Below are positions 23,360 to 35,982 of a stretch of 64,000 nucleotides of DNA, one piece after another. This DNA is from Nemertoderma westbladi (Eukaryota > Animalia > Xenacoelomorpha): NCBI GenBank assembly GCA_032718475.1, contig JAUCBJ010003590.1, forward strand, positions 1-64,000, given 5' to 3'. The position numbers and the translations under genes were made by a program. A model generated the notes under the pieces. The model did not search any database. It had not been told where the DNA came from and worked only from the letters and a program-made list of their open reading frames with translations. Positions within the stretch are counted from its first letter, which is position 1, and every line of letters begins with the position of its first letter.

Positions 23360-24584
23360 TGTAAAAGCTTTTGCGTAATTAGCCGGTTATTATCCCCGTA
23401 AAGTACTCTGTGGTTGGTTTACCAGGCATAAAAAGGCCGTGTCCTTGCTGTACTGGTGTTTTGGAGGACATAAAAGCCATTTCTTCTGTATTTGTACTTT
23501 AGAGGACATAATCTGCAATTTCGTGACGTAAAAGCTCGATACTCTTGAAAACAGTGTCGCTACCATGACGACGGCTAACGGCTGATATTGCCACGTTGCC
23601 CCATAGCCCTGCCTTCTGTATCTGCCAATAGGATTTGAGTTGGTTTTGATTTTGACCTATCACAGATCTACTGAACTGAATTTCCTATCTGTATGCTCAT
23701 TCTCTGTGGTGGGTGAGATCTTTGTAGAATAAGGGTAGCTGGTATTCTTATAGTTATTCTGATCAGTTTTTAGTGTTGTTGGTGATTCTAAGCCAGGAAG
23801 AACGGCTTTAGCCCTACACTAGTAGGCTTAATTATAAGGACATATATCCGTTATCTGCATTTATCACAACATAACATACCATACCTAATCAAACAACCTG
23901 TGCATACTTTATATTGTTATACTGCTATTTACTGTCAGTTCTTCATAATATGGTTGATGAATTATTATATTTGGAATAACGATAAATAACCCCGAAACCC
24001 AATATTCTTGATATACCGAAGGTAAGAGAGAAGGGTTACATATAACAATTGTGACTTATGTTAAAGTGGTTTGAAGTGAATCTAATGTTATTTGATAGAC
24101 CCTACATGATTCGGTCCGTGTTCCTTTTATATGTGACTAAAATCAGTGAAGATCGGCAGATTAGTGTGCAGTATTGTGCAGCATTGTGTATGAGTGAGAC
24201 TGATAACGAAGCATTTCCTAAAGAATGCGCCATATATGTGAATTGTAACTAAGCCATATCGTTGTGAGTAGTTTAAGTCATAACTCTGTTTATATAGATA
24301 GAGCGCCACGTCCTAAAGGAACTGTTAATATTCCCGAAGGTGAATAATATTGTCAGAGATTATATAATACTGTCAGTCGAATAATACATTAGGCTTACAT
24401 AGCAATAAAAATTAAGCCGTCGAACCCAATCTCCCGGGTATATCCAGCGGGTGAATGATCGCGCACAGATTGGTTTCGACTAGTGTAGTGAATTAAATAC
24501 TTGTCATAGACTAAAGGTGATTTATTATCTAGAAGACATCCTAATTTGGCGGGTTAAACTGCCAAAGGTCTAAAAGCGCGAACA
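23360..24584 (+). repeat. 3' LTR of copy 1
   Basis: Starts TGTAAAAGCTTTTGCGTAATTAGCC after the PPT and ends AAAAGCGCGAACA; homologous to the copy 2 LTRs. Confidence 0.9.
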
Positions 24585-24962
24585 GGTATATCCACATTTT
24601 CCACAATCCTGCAATCCAGTTTGGCCTATCAATTATTTAAAATTTATTAGCACAACCGGTAGGCCTACCATTACCGTATTTAAATGGTATGCTACACAGT
24701 AGGCCTATAGCAGTACCGGTGCCGGTACCGGTAACGGTACTAAATTACAGAAATACCTGCTTTATACCTACATCTGTACATACAATACAGCAAAATAGTG
24801 CTATATATACTAATACCGGTACTGATAGCCTGAGAGAACAGCAGTAGAGAAACCGGTAGCATGGAACCTAACATTAGACTTTTGGAGGACATAAAAAATA
24901 AAAAAAAGGACAAAAAAAGGATTTAAACGGACAATAAAAATTATTGCGTTTAATAAATGCAA

Positions 24963-25084
24963 CATATTCTGGAACATTTTGTTTATTCCATAACAGGTAC
25001 TCTGTACCTGGGCAACAATGCAATACCTCTGTAGTCATATTATTACGTAGTTATTCATACATAAACAAAATGTTCCAGAATATG
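24963..25084. repeat. Inverted repeat with 24-bp perfect arms
   Basis: CATATTCTGGAACATTTTGTTTAT (24963-24986) versus ATAAACAAAATGTTCCAGAATATG (25061-25084). Confidence 0.75.
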
Positions 25085-26134
25085 GTGTAGTTATTTAATG
25101 GAATGAAATTGCCTCGCAGCTGCAAAACCATACAACTTTTTAACGCTCCTATCTCAGCTATTCTACGACTAAATTCAGATTTGGAATCCTTGCATTGTCC
25201 GCTTTCCAACAGTACCAACAAGTCACTAAAAGGTTGAAGAATAACTGCGGTAAAAATGGTGCAATACAGTCGGAGACGTTTTTTAAACGCTTGTAGCTAA
25301 AAAAATAAAAGCAAAAATAAAAATTGTGGCTCACCCACGGGGGAGGAGTTTAGTGATATTATCTCTGTTTCAAATTTCATGCAATCTCATTAAGATTAGT
25401 AGAAAAATTGGGGGGGGGGGGGGGGGGGGGTGTAGGCCTACTGTACCAGAATAACGACCGTAAACCGTATGCCTAAGCTGTATCAGCATACTGTAGTGCT
25501 CTTTCTTAGAAGGTGACAATTGTCAGTATGATCTGTCTGTAGGTACTGTAGAGTTCATTCATTGTAGGTCGGCCATTGAAGTATTACTGTGTAACTCTTA
25601 AATTATGGCATTTAAGGTGAAAATCAAATATTATGGATTCTAATTACATTATTATTTTTCCAATAATTATTATCAGACCCAAATAAAACTCTTCATGAAC
25701 TGCCTATTCACCCTGCTGGTTTTGCACAATAACATTGCGTTAATGAATTCATTTTGTGTATAAACTAACAATAATAATAATCGAATGTTAATTATTTAAA
25801 TAAAATCGAAAATCTTTACAAACACATACTTCGTATCATTGATTTCAAAATGGGTATTTGATTGCGTTTTGGCGCCAAATAATAAAAAAATGTTCCTTGA
25901 AACTGTATTTCATGATTCATAGGCATACACATCTGGAGTTTAATTGGTTTCATTCATTCTTTAAAATCAATTTAATAACACTTGTTAGAGTATATAAGTA
26001 CAAATATATGGCTCGCATAATATCTTTTTACTACAAGAAAAGGGTCTTGTTTTTGTTTATCAAATATATTATTAAAAAATACATAATTCCATATAGAATT
26101 ACTTATTTATTTAGAAATATTCAAACTGTTCGAG

Positions 26135-26308
26135 ATGTATTCGTTGTTAATAGTCTTATTCTCGTCCCTAATCGTTGTCGACGCAGCCATTACCACTGAC
26201 GAAAAAAATCAGATCCTGGAGGCGCATAATCAATACAGGGCAAGTCTGCCTGGCACCTTGAAAGATGAGAATCCTTTACCACGCCCAGTTACACCACTCG
26301 TACCATTG
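26135..26308 (+). CDS. CAP/SCP (PR-1/CRISP-like) secreted protein, exon 1
   Basis: Signal peptide MYSLLIVLFSSLIVVDA then EKNQILEAHNQYRA (CAP HN..R motif); GTGGGT donor, phase 0. Confidence 0.85.
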
Positions 26309-26461
26309 GTGGGTCGCTTTCATATGTAGTACAGAATATTGAAGAGACACAGTTAAATAAGATGTTTGAAAAACTACTGTATATGGGTTAAAAAAATGTA
26401 TTCAGTTAAATTTATTGTTTAATGATTGCATCTGCTCAATAAATTATCTATCTTTGTACAG

Positions 26462-26573
26462 GTTTGGAATGAGCAGCTAGCGAGCAAAGCGGCGTCATTG
26501 GCGGACAGTTGTAAATTCGCGCACGTCACACATACGTATAATGGGAATTCAGTTGGACAAAATTTATACGCCT
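26462..26573 (+). CDS. CAP/SCP protein, exon 2
   Basis: TTTGTACAG acceptor; VWNEQLASKAASLADSCKFAH..VGQNLYA; GTAAGT donor, phase 1. Confidence 0.9.
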
Positions 26574-26682
26574 GTAAGTCCGAAATTAAGTACCGGTATC
26601 AAGTCAAATGGATAGTGTAAGATTGTGACAACTCAAAAATGGTGACAACACTCAGCGACAGTAAAAAATAACCCACCTTTAC

Positions 26683-27476
26683 GGATAGTTATAAAACCCG
26701 AAAATTATCCCCCGCGAAATTATCAACGAAAATATCGAAATTATAAAACAATCTTCAAAATCTCGCCTTCCAGTGAGATCGGTTTTATTAGAAGGCACAC
26801 TTCACATTTTTTAATTCATAAAATACGATAATTTCGCACCATTTTCGCCCTTAAAAGTAATTTAATATCAAATACTGTCTGCTGGTTGGTTGTTGGGTGT
26901 TGGTGACCAATGGCGGCTTCGTTGAATCAATTCAGCATCAGCTGATCAGTGTTCCAGTGTATGACAAGCATGGTACATCCTGAAGGTGTAAAGAAACCGG
27001 TCCGGTCAGCCGGTACCCTAACCCAACACTGCACAGGGGCCCTACCCATTACGGCATACGGTAGGCCTACCTCCGGGTAACATGTGTACACTGTACAGTG
27101 ACTGCCAGGCAAGTGGCGCATGTGAACAGGCTGACTGATGATCGTAACTAAACAGAACTGCAGTGCAGCAGTCGCAATGCTGTAGGCCCACACTCTTGAC
27201 TGTGCTGTCCTAATTTGAGCGCCATCTTGTGGTGTTTTGCCATCATTGGAATACCCTTAAAAACCAATCAGTAGAGACAGTGTATTTGGTATTAAATTAC
27301 TTTTAGGGTCGAAAATGGGGCGAAATTATCGGATTTCATTAATTAAAAAATGTAAAGTGTGACTTCTAATAATACCGATCTTACTGGAAAGTAAGATTTT
27401 ATTCAAAGTTGTATAATTTCGACACTTCCGTTAATAATTTCGTCTTTTTCGTTATTTTCGGGTTTTATAACTATCC
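26683..27476. mobile_element. Non-autonomous Mutator-like (MULE) foldback element in CAP intron 2
   Basis: ~200 bp TIRs GGATAGTTATAAAACCCGAAAAT... / ...TTTTCGGGTTTTATAACTATCC; 9-bp TSD CACCTTTAC / CACCTGTAC. Confidence 0.85.
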
Positions 27477-27942
27477 CACCTGTACCACCTTAGTTAAAAA
27501 TGGCCACATTCACAGACATTGTGAAAGTTTGGTGACAAGGACAACATTGAAATATCCGTGACAACATCCTGACAACATACAGTAGTATTGCAGTTATGTA
27601 GTTTAGTTATCCGGTATCAGCATAGTGAATAGTTTAAGCGCTTTTAGCATACGGGTAACCCCTGAGTGGGTTTGTTATTACTGTAAGTACATATTAGTCA
27701 AGTACGTAGTTCCTATATTATTAAAACAAAATGCATAGTTTTGAAAAAACAAGTCGAACCGTTTGAGAAATCCATTGCAAAGCTGTATAAGATAAGTCGG
27801 TGATTACACAGTGTTACACACACCAGTACCGGTAATTGTACTGTAACATACAAAATTGGCTCTATTTTCCTACCTTTACTATTTTTACCTTCATTTATGA
27901 TTTACTAAAATAATCGAATATTGTGTTTTTGTTATTCTGAAG

Positions 27943-28079
27943 GTTGGGGATCGAATAAGGGCCCATGCCTCCACGATGGAGCGGAGCCAGTGAATGATTG
28001 GTACAATGAGGTTGCACTGATGGAACGCTGGGAGAAACTCAATGAAATCAACTGGATGCCTATTGGACACTTCACACAG
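27943..28079 (+). CDS. CAP/SCP protein, exon 3
   Basis: Phase-compatible exon encoding CWGSNKGPC..VNDWYNEV..IGHFTQ (CAP signature); AG/GT boundaries. Confidence 0.9.
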
Positions 28080-28245
28080 GTATACTCAAACAACTAATAT
28101 CCTATTGGACATTTCAAACAGGTAATCCCAAACAACTAAGACCTGGTTTCCTATTGGACACTTCACACAGATAATCTCTAAGAATAATATTAACTGGTAT
28201 CCTGTTAGATAATTAATAATAACTGGTATCCTTCACTCAGGCAAT
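28051..28245 (+). repeat. ~43-bp degenerate tandem repeat of the exon 3 end and donor site
   Basis: CCTATTGGACA(C/T)TTCA(C/A)ACAG(G/A)TA is repeated about 3 times plus degenerate copies, and continues after the LTR insertion (~40368-40410). Confidence 0.75.
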
Positions 28246-29382
28246 TGTAAAGGCTTTTGCGTAATTAGCCGGTTATTTTCCCCGTAAAGTACTCTGTAGT
28301 TGGTTTAACCGGCATAAAAGGCCGTGTCCTTACTGTATTGTTGTTTTAGAGGACATAAAAGCCATTCCTTCCGTATGTGTACTTTAGCGGACATGATTAG
28401 CAATTCTATGACGCAATAAGCCGGATCCTCTTGAAACAGTGTAGATACCATGACGACGGCTAACAGCTGATATTGCCACGTAGAACATCTCTTTGTTCTT
28501 TGTTCTCTCTTTGTTCGGTCGACCAATCAGAGCGTTTTTTGCCTCTTTGTTGGAGATGGTGTATAGAAACTAGGGAAGTGAGTCAGTATGTGATTTTTCC
28601 ACAGCCTACAACACCGGCGTGGAACCTCCGTGTTTCAGTCTTTAGTTCAACATTAGTAGGCTTAATTATAGAACGTATATCCGTTATCTATCCATAACTT
28701 AATCATTCATACCTTAACATTACTGCTTTTGCTGTCGGTTATTCATTATATTTGTTGATGGAACATTATATTCAGAATACTGATAAACAATCAGACACCC
28801 CAATCTTCTTGATATACTAAAGGTTAGAGAGACTGGATACATATAATGATTGCGACTTACATTGAGTGGTTTGAAGTGAATCTAATGCTATTTTATAGGC
28901 CCTACATGTATTGTCTGTTATTCTCTTTGTATGTGACTAAAATTAGTAAAGGTCGGCAGATTGGTGTACAGCATTGTGCAGCATTGTGTATGATTGTGAT
29001 TGATAACGAAGCATCTCCTAAAGAATGCGCCATATACGTGAATCTATAGCCATCCCGTTGCGTCTGGTTTAAGTCATAACTCTGTTTATATATTTAGAGC
29101 GCCACGTCCTAAAGGAACTGTTAATATTTCCCGAAAGTGAATAATATTGTCAGAGATTATATATATTAAGATCAGTCGAATAATACAGTAGGTCTATCCC
29201 GCAATACGATTAGGCTTCCGAATCCAGTCTCCCTGGTATATCCAGCGGGTGAATGATCGCGCATAGACTGGTTTCGGCTAATGTAGTGTATCAAATATTT
29301 GTCGTAGGCTAAAGACGATCTATTATCTAGAAGACATCCCAATTTGGCAGGTTAAACTGCTAAAGGTCTGAAAGCGCGAACA
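28246..29382 (+). repeat. 5' LTR of copy 2 (1137 bp)
   Basis: TGTAAAGG...GCGCGAACA; near-identical to 39236-40362. Confidence 0.95.
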
Positions 29383-29395
29383 ATAACGGATATAC
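29383..29395 (+). promoter_or_regulatory. Putative self-priming primer-binding site (no TGG tRNA PBS)
   Basis: ATAACGGATATAC immediately after the LTR is the exact reverse complement of GTATATCCGTTAT at 28675-28687 inside the LTR. Confidence 0.65.
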
Positions 29396-29736
29396 CGTCT
29401 AATTGCAGGGTAGGCAATAAATACAGTTTAATATTGTTCTGGTAAGAACAATAACGGATAAAGCTTCTGTATTGCAGTAGGCAATAAAGCTGAAGTTGGA
29501 AGTACCGGCCAACCGGTACCCAGTAGGCCTGACTACCTAACCACCCGGACCGGTACCTACAGCAGTACAGGTACGGCAGTATTATTCGATTTTGATTATT
29601 ATATACCAGTAGGTCTTAATAATTAATCGGGGACGCCTGGTTTTTATTGGGATTTTACTTAGGCCTATTTCTGTCAGTTTTATTTATTTGTAGGCCAGTA
29701 TTGAGCAGAAGGCGTGTAAGCCTGCTCAGATTGTAC

Positions 29737-30320
29737 AGACAATTTGTAGGCTTGACTGTTGTCTAACTGTTGTTCAGTCTGAACGGATTGCAGTGTGTGT
29801 AGAGCATCTGTCCGATAAAGTGCTAGTTAGGAACGTAGGGGCTTCAAGTGCTGTGAGGTAAACCCCCTTTGAAAGAATAAGTCGTACTACTAGGTTAGAA
29901 CGCATACTAACTAATCATTTCGGAGTCTGCATATACTGTAGTTTATTTAGGCTGGATATTAGTCTGCCATCGTTTGGTCTGTACTTTGTTTGTGTAGTCT
30001 GTACAGGTAGCGTATAATTCTTATTTAGATAATTTGTAGGCTGGATAGTTGTCTGGCTGTTGTTAAGTCTGAGGAAATTTCGGTGTGTGTAGAGTGTATG
30101 TCCGATAAAGTGCCAGTTGGGAACGTAGGGGCTTCCAGTGCTGTGAGGTAAACCCCCTCTGAAAGAATAAGTCGTACTACTAGGTTAGAACGCATACTAA
30201 CTAACCATTTCGGAGTCTGCATATACCGTGGTTTGTTTAGGCTTGATAGTAGTCTGTCAGTATTTGGTCTGCATTTTGTTTGAGTAGTCTGTACGCGTAG
30301 CGTAATATTTATTATTCAGA
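29737..30320. repeat. Tandem duplication, 2 x ~291 bp, in the 5' UTR of copy 2
   Basis: AATTTGTAGGCT...TCCGATAAAGTGC...GAAAGAATAAGTCGTACTACTAGGTTAGAACGCATAC...GTAGCGTA occurs twice. Confidence 0.85.
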
Positions 30321-31254
30321 GTTTATGCGATTATTCGCAACATTCATATCCCCAAGTTTATTCCTACAGTAATTGTGCTTGTTATACATACCGTTATAGT
30401 TAAACTAACCCCGGTACTAGATCAGGGCTGCTTGGCGTAGGTAAAGACTGGAGATTTTGTGCTTTGGTCACTCCGGCAGATACCGTGGTTCTTTTAGCTG
30501 TTCAAGTATTTTAACTACTGATTATTTGTTGTACAAGTACTTGTACCTAATTTAGGGTTTAGTGTACAGTGCTTTCCGAAGGTAATTAGTGTAGGCAGTA
30601 TATTTGTGTTGTAAAGTGGTTAATAGGCACGTTGGTTCTGGTAGACCGCGGTAATTAACTTCTGGGTAGGAACACTCCGTGATACATAACGTAGTACTTA
30701 TAGCGATACGGCTATAAGTCGTCAGACGGTGGTATTTTCCTATCTGGACAACGCAGTATATTTACTACTACTTATTATTTTCAAATACCGTAGTAACCTG
30801 TCCGTTGTAATAACCAGATATTCTAACCCTTTGTTAGGCTGGTTAGTAGACTTCTTGTAAAATTACCCTAAAAATTCGTACTTGTAATTTTTGTGTTTAT
30901 TTAGAGATTGTAATCTCACCCCGAATTGTACGTAATTTGTAGTAATAAGTAACTTAGGTAAATTAGAATTATTTGTTTTAGTGTCCAACAAGTAGCACTT
31001 CACTGAGAGCGCACAGCTTCGGTGTAGTGACTCCCCCAGAAATAATAACATTTATTTCAAATATTGACAAAACCCATTTTAACGGGTATATATATTATAA
31101 ATCAACTTAAAAACGATTTATAAAATAGTAGGCCTGCCATACAACAATTAGGTCTCAATATCAGTTGGACTACTGCTTAAATAACGGTAATAAAGTAAGT
31201 TAAAGTAACCAAGTAACCCTTAAAATTCAGAAATTCAATTATTCTAAAATAATT

Positions 31255-31690
31255 GACATACCGGTATTTACAATAGGCTTATTATATTTATTTCTATAAA
31301 TTTTCGGCTGAAATTATACCGGTATTCTGTAATTAATTCTAGTCTGTAATTATACTTATATATATACATTATAAGTGTAAGCTGTATACCGGTATTCACG
31401 ATAGGCCTATTATATATATATAAATTTTGGCTGAAATTATACCGGTATTCTGTAATTAATTCTAGTTCATACTTATACTTATATATACTATAAGTGTAAG
31501 CTGCATACCGGTATTCACGATAGGCCTATTATATATTTAGATATACTTGTGCTAAAATTACCTACCGGTATTCTGTGACAAACCTAGTCTGTAATAATAC
31601 TTATATACTATAAGCATACCGGTATTCTAATATATTGTATATATATCACGTTACCTAGAGTGAAGATATCGGTAATTAATTACTAGGCTA
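31255..31690. repeat. ATACCGGTAT tandem array in the 5' UTR of copy 2
   Basis: Same array as at 14845-15260. Confidence 0.8.
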
Positions 31691-31761
31691 ACGGTGATAC
31701 TGAATTACTAGACTTGTTTAAACTGTAATATAGCGGTAGGCATTCAACTGTACAACCAAAC

Positions 31762-34700
31762 ATGTCTGACTCACAACAAACACTGTCAGATAGTCTCATA
31801 GAGGGTGTTAGAATGAGTATTAGACTTAGACAGCGTCTTAAAAGGATCTGTGACCAAGATCAAAGTATAGAACATCCCAGACCAAAGTCTAAGTCCCCTC
31901 CTATTGTAAGAAAGGCCATCCCTACAGTAGTAGTATCAGACCCTAGGCTAATTCAAGACCATAGGTCTGTTATAGGCACTCGGATCCAAGTCAAGCGGGA
32001 TCAAGAAGCAGCTGTCAAACAGCAGCAACATCCTAGCCAAGAACCTAGTTTTCAGCGGCCCGATAGCTCCAGTAGTTCGGATACTGTTGAGCGGACGCCC
32101 GAACGCGGAGCGAAGATGGCGGATACGGTTTATGATGAGCGGCCAACCTATGAAGAATCAACCGACGCCACTTTTTCTCAAGAAGAAAGCGAAGTGACAG
32201 CGGGGGGGCCGCAAAAGAGAGATGCTATTGATATTTATCTGTCAGACTATCAGCGATTCCTGGGAGACGAAGAGTTGAGGAGATGACTGTCTGGACTTCG
32301 CCCTAATAGTGAAGGAAACAAGCTTGTGTTGGACGCCATCGATGTGGATATGAGAGCTGCGAACCAAGCTAAATTTGATGAAAGCATCCGCCTCACTAAG
32401 GTTCAAGAAGAACAAGTAAAGAAAAAACGTATAGAAGACAGAAAGATAGCAGCAGCGGCAGTGGCAGAAGCAGAAAGAAAGGCAGCAGTGGCAGAGGCAG
32501 AAAGAAAAGCGGCCTTGGCAGCTACAGTGGCAGAGGCAGAAAGAAAAGCAGCCTTGGCAGCTACAGTGGCAGAAGCAGAAAGAAAAGCGGCTTTGGCAGC
32601 TGCAGTGGCAGAAGCAGAAAGAAAAGCGGCTATGGCAGCTGCAGTGGCAGAAGCAGAACGAAAGGCGTCTGAGGAGACTGCCCAACTAGAGTTGGAAAAT
32701 CTTCAAGAGAGGCAAGACAACTTTAATAAACAGTTAACAGCTAGTAATATGCAGATGATGAATCGATCTACTCCCAAAAGGCAAGGTTATACATCATCTG
32801 AGGAAGGCGATACCACAGATCATGAAGGCGGAGGAAATCGATCTCGCCTAAGCAGACGTAAAAGAATGTCCCACCGTCAGAAATTGCCTGATTTGCCCCC
32901 AGCTGTTCGAAGGCAACTAAATAACACAAATTTAGGTAGTACAGAACCCACAGACCAAATAATTAAAATAGAAAGACTCCCTACTATAGTAGATGAGCCT
33001 GAAATAATTAGGCCTGTTCTTGAAATCACCCCTTCGGTGATAGAGACACCTGTACTCCCGGAACCTACCTTTAAATTCCCTTTACACAGCACCAAATTAT
33101 CTGTGCCTAGAGGAACAGCCCCTGAAACAGTGTCGGTCCTGGACTCCGAGCGAAATATAAAGGATATATCGCCCGTAGTCCCTCGTCTGCCCGCTACGAC
33201 GTTGACGGATCCCGCTTCGGCGGTTGATTGGGTAGACGAGAGACGGCGGGGGATGGATATTCTCCTCGGAAAGATGGAGGAGAATCGAGTGCGTTCCTCC
33301 CAACAGGTCCGAGAGTTAGAAGGGACTGTTCAACAGTTAAAGGGAACTGTAAAGGAAAGTAGGTTAGAGTTGCAAGAAGTGCAGCAAAGTATCGCGCTAG
33401 AACGCGATAAATTAGTAAATTTACAAAAGGGTATACCACCACCCCCGGTAACAATGTGTCAACCTGTTAGGTCTGAAGTATCTCATGCGCAAGGTGTGGA
33501 GCCTACACGCATATATACTGCTAGCGAAGTAGAAACTCCTATAGTGAACCCTATTAAGGGTAATTATAGACCTGTTGATAATGATATTCCCTATAATCCG
33601 AGAAATTTATATACCGATAACTCGATATTGAATAACACGATGGCCCAAGAAAGTTTTACGCGTCAAATGGCTAGAACCGAAGCCCGGCAAGCGGTAAAGG
33701 TGGGAGAGATCGTCAAGTTCAATGGAGATGAGATGAAATGGTTACCTTTTAATGAATATTACAAAGATAACATACAGAACTCTGTACTATCTAATGGAGA
33801 GAAACTTAGATTCCTCATCGAGTGCTTGGAAGGATCTCCCAAGTTAATGGCGTTAAAGTTTATTGGACATCCAGATGGATTAAGACAAGTTTGGGATACA
33901 CTAAACATCAGGTATGGTAATAGGAATAACATAGCTGGGTATTTGTATGCAAAGTTGGTAGCGCCCCGAAAGTTTATTAGCACCGGGATTATAGAGTTTT
34001 CCGATGAGATTCAGGAGATCTGTCGACAATTAGATTGGCTAGGTAAGTCTCATGAGTATCAGAGTGCTATGGTTATTAGAGCAGTGGCTTCTACTTTACC
34101 GAAGGGTGGAGTAGGTACACGCTGGGACAAGAAAGTGTTATATATGATGGAACAACAACAACGAGACCCTACCATGGCTGATCTCATGTCATTCTTGGAT
34201 GGCGAAGTGAAATTACAGCTCATAAAGCAGTCCAGAGAGAAGACATTGGAAAGTAAGGTAAGTGAGAAACCCGTTTCTAGGAGAAAGGTAACACCAGTGT
34301 GTTATACAGACGACGGCGAAAGCCAGACTTCTCAAGGAGAGGATAGCGGGAAGGACACTGAAAGATCTTATTATGTCAATAAAATGCCTAAAGAACAGGT
34401 AAGTAAATTCAAGTCTCGAACCAATGACAGGAGAGAACAGGTAAGAAAAACTCCTCCTACGTCTCATAAGAGAATTCAGGTGAGAAAGCCCGAAGAAAGA
34501 ACGAGTGTGCACAATGTTATTCAAAATAAGGTAAGTAACATCAAACCAAAATGTGTGCTGTGTGACGGGCCCCACCGTTTGAATATGTGTGATAAATTCC
34601 TAAAGAAATCATTAAAGGATAGACGTGAAGTCATGTGGGATAAGCGGTTGTGTTATAATTGCCTCAGACGAGGACACCAACGGCGAACCTGTTACTCCGA

Positions 34701-35982
34701 CGCAAGGTGTGCAAAGTGCGGCGCAAAACATCACATCTTGTTGCACACAGAATTCGAACGAAACAGCCCGAGTCAGGTAAGTGAGTCCGAACTACATGTC
34801 CAATTCAGTGATGTGAACGACACTGACCAATATTCTGAGATGGAAGGATTCTATACGGACGAATTCTCCGACGAAAACGAATCCTGTTACCTGACAAATA
34901 CCGCAGTGTATCGAGCACTTACGTATGAAAAGGACACCGACAGCGAGCTCCCCCTAACTACTTCTGACAGACAACCATCTTGGAAAGCACCAACTTCCAA
35001 TGTAGGAATCCGAGAATTTCCTGTAGTACAGTTAAGGGTCCACGGACCTACAAGGAGTTATATAGTGAACGCCCTCCTTGACTCCGGTAGCACAGGAACA
35101 TTCATCGACAAAGAACTAGCCGAAGATATCTTTGCTGGACAACCCAAGTTCCGAACTAAGCTAAACATGTCAGGAATTATGCAGGTTTGGAAATCTACCG
35201 TAATAGCGGATTATTATGTAGGCGCGTTGTCCACCCCCCAGGATGAACTAGGAGAACACAGCATAAGGTCAGTAAAAATGGTAGCGATAAAGAACTTCGC
35301 GACCAGCCAAGTGGAACCTTATAACTGGGATGAGGACGATTTCACCCAGCAGTTTGAAATACCTAGATTCAACACCGATTACCCTGGAGTCCAAATACTC
35401 ATCGGTCAAAATGCGCATGAAGCGCTCGAGACATTGGAGAAATGGCCTGCTCAACCGCAACCACTACAAGTCTATGCGGGAAGAACTAGAGTAGGTTGAT
35501 ACTTTACTGGCCCTTCTCGTAGAACTCTTATGGAGAGATTACCAAAAGAACAGGTATATCAATTAAGTGAACGGGAAGTGGAGAGCAGTGAAGTTGACGA
35601 CCCAACTGAGGGAACACCATACTCCTCAGATAATGACGACATCGACTCCAATGTAGATCAATGGAGACATTGCCCCGAGACGATCAATCTAGCCGACATC
35701 GCTTCCAGGGGAGCAACTCCTCAAGAACTGGTAGATACTCCAGACCGGTTAGGTGGACCCGACTTCCTAAGTAAAGAAGATGAATGGCCTCCTCATCTTA
35801 CCCCGGTGAAGATTAGACAGGCCAAGGGAGCGGAGAAAGTAACACAACCACTCAATCACCCAGCTGGTCGTTTATGTTTACTGGAAAGAGACCAAAAACT
35901 GTCCGGAAACTATGGAAGGCAAGATACTCTTCCCACGACCACCTCCCTAATCCAACAAATATCTAGGGACTCCATAACGTAA
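31762..35982 (+). pseudogene. Gag-protease ORF of copy 2 with two in-frame TGA stops
   Basis: ORFs 31762-32286, 32326-35499 and 35530-35982 share one frame; stops at 32284 (Arg in copy 1) and 35497 (TGG in copy 1); same domains as copy 1. Confidence 0.9.

Larger units (their letters stand above)
12483..24584 (+). mobile_element. BEL/Pao Gag-protease-only LTR element, copy 1 (non-matching LTRs, no TSD)
   Basis: Bounded by LTR-type sequences TGTAAAAGC...AAGCGCGAACA; PPT-like CTGGGAGCGG before the 3' LTR; 1654-aa ORF; collinear with copy 2. Confidence 0.9.

Noticed and set aside
25389-25430. Poly-G/poly-C tracts (also ~7424, 11087, 12287, 41087) as functional G-quadruplex elements
   Set aside because: Simple homopolymers with no consistent context; their lengths are assembly-sensitive.
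27130-27160. Hammerhead ribozyme core (CTGATGA)
   Set aside because: No matching GAAA and flanking stems; likewise at ~55991.
28305-29049. Short ORFs inside the LTRs, repeated at 39295-39687
   Set aside because: They repeat only because the LTRs do; no domain or codon evidence.
32284-35499. TGA recoding (Trp/Sec/readthrough) in copy 2 gag and in the zinc-knuckle ORF
   Set aside because: The stops align with Arg and TGG codons in the open copy 1, and other lesions are frameshifts; ordinary decay (CGA>TGA, TGG>TGA, TGC>TGA) explains them.
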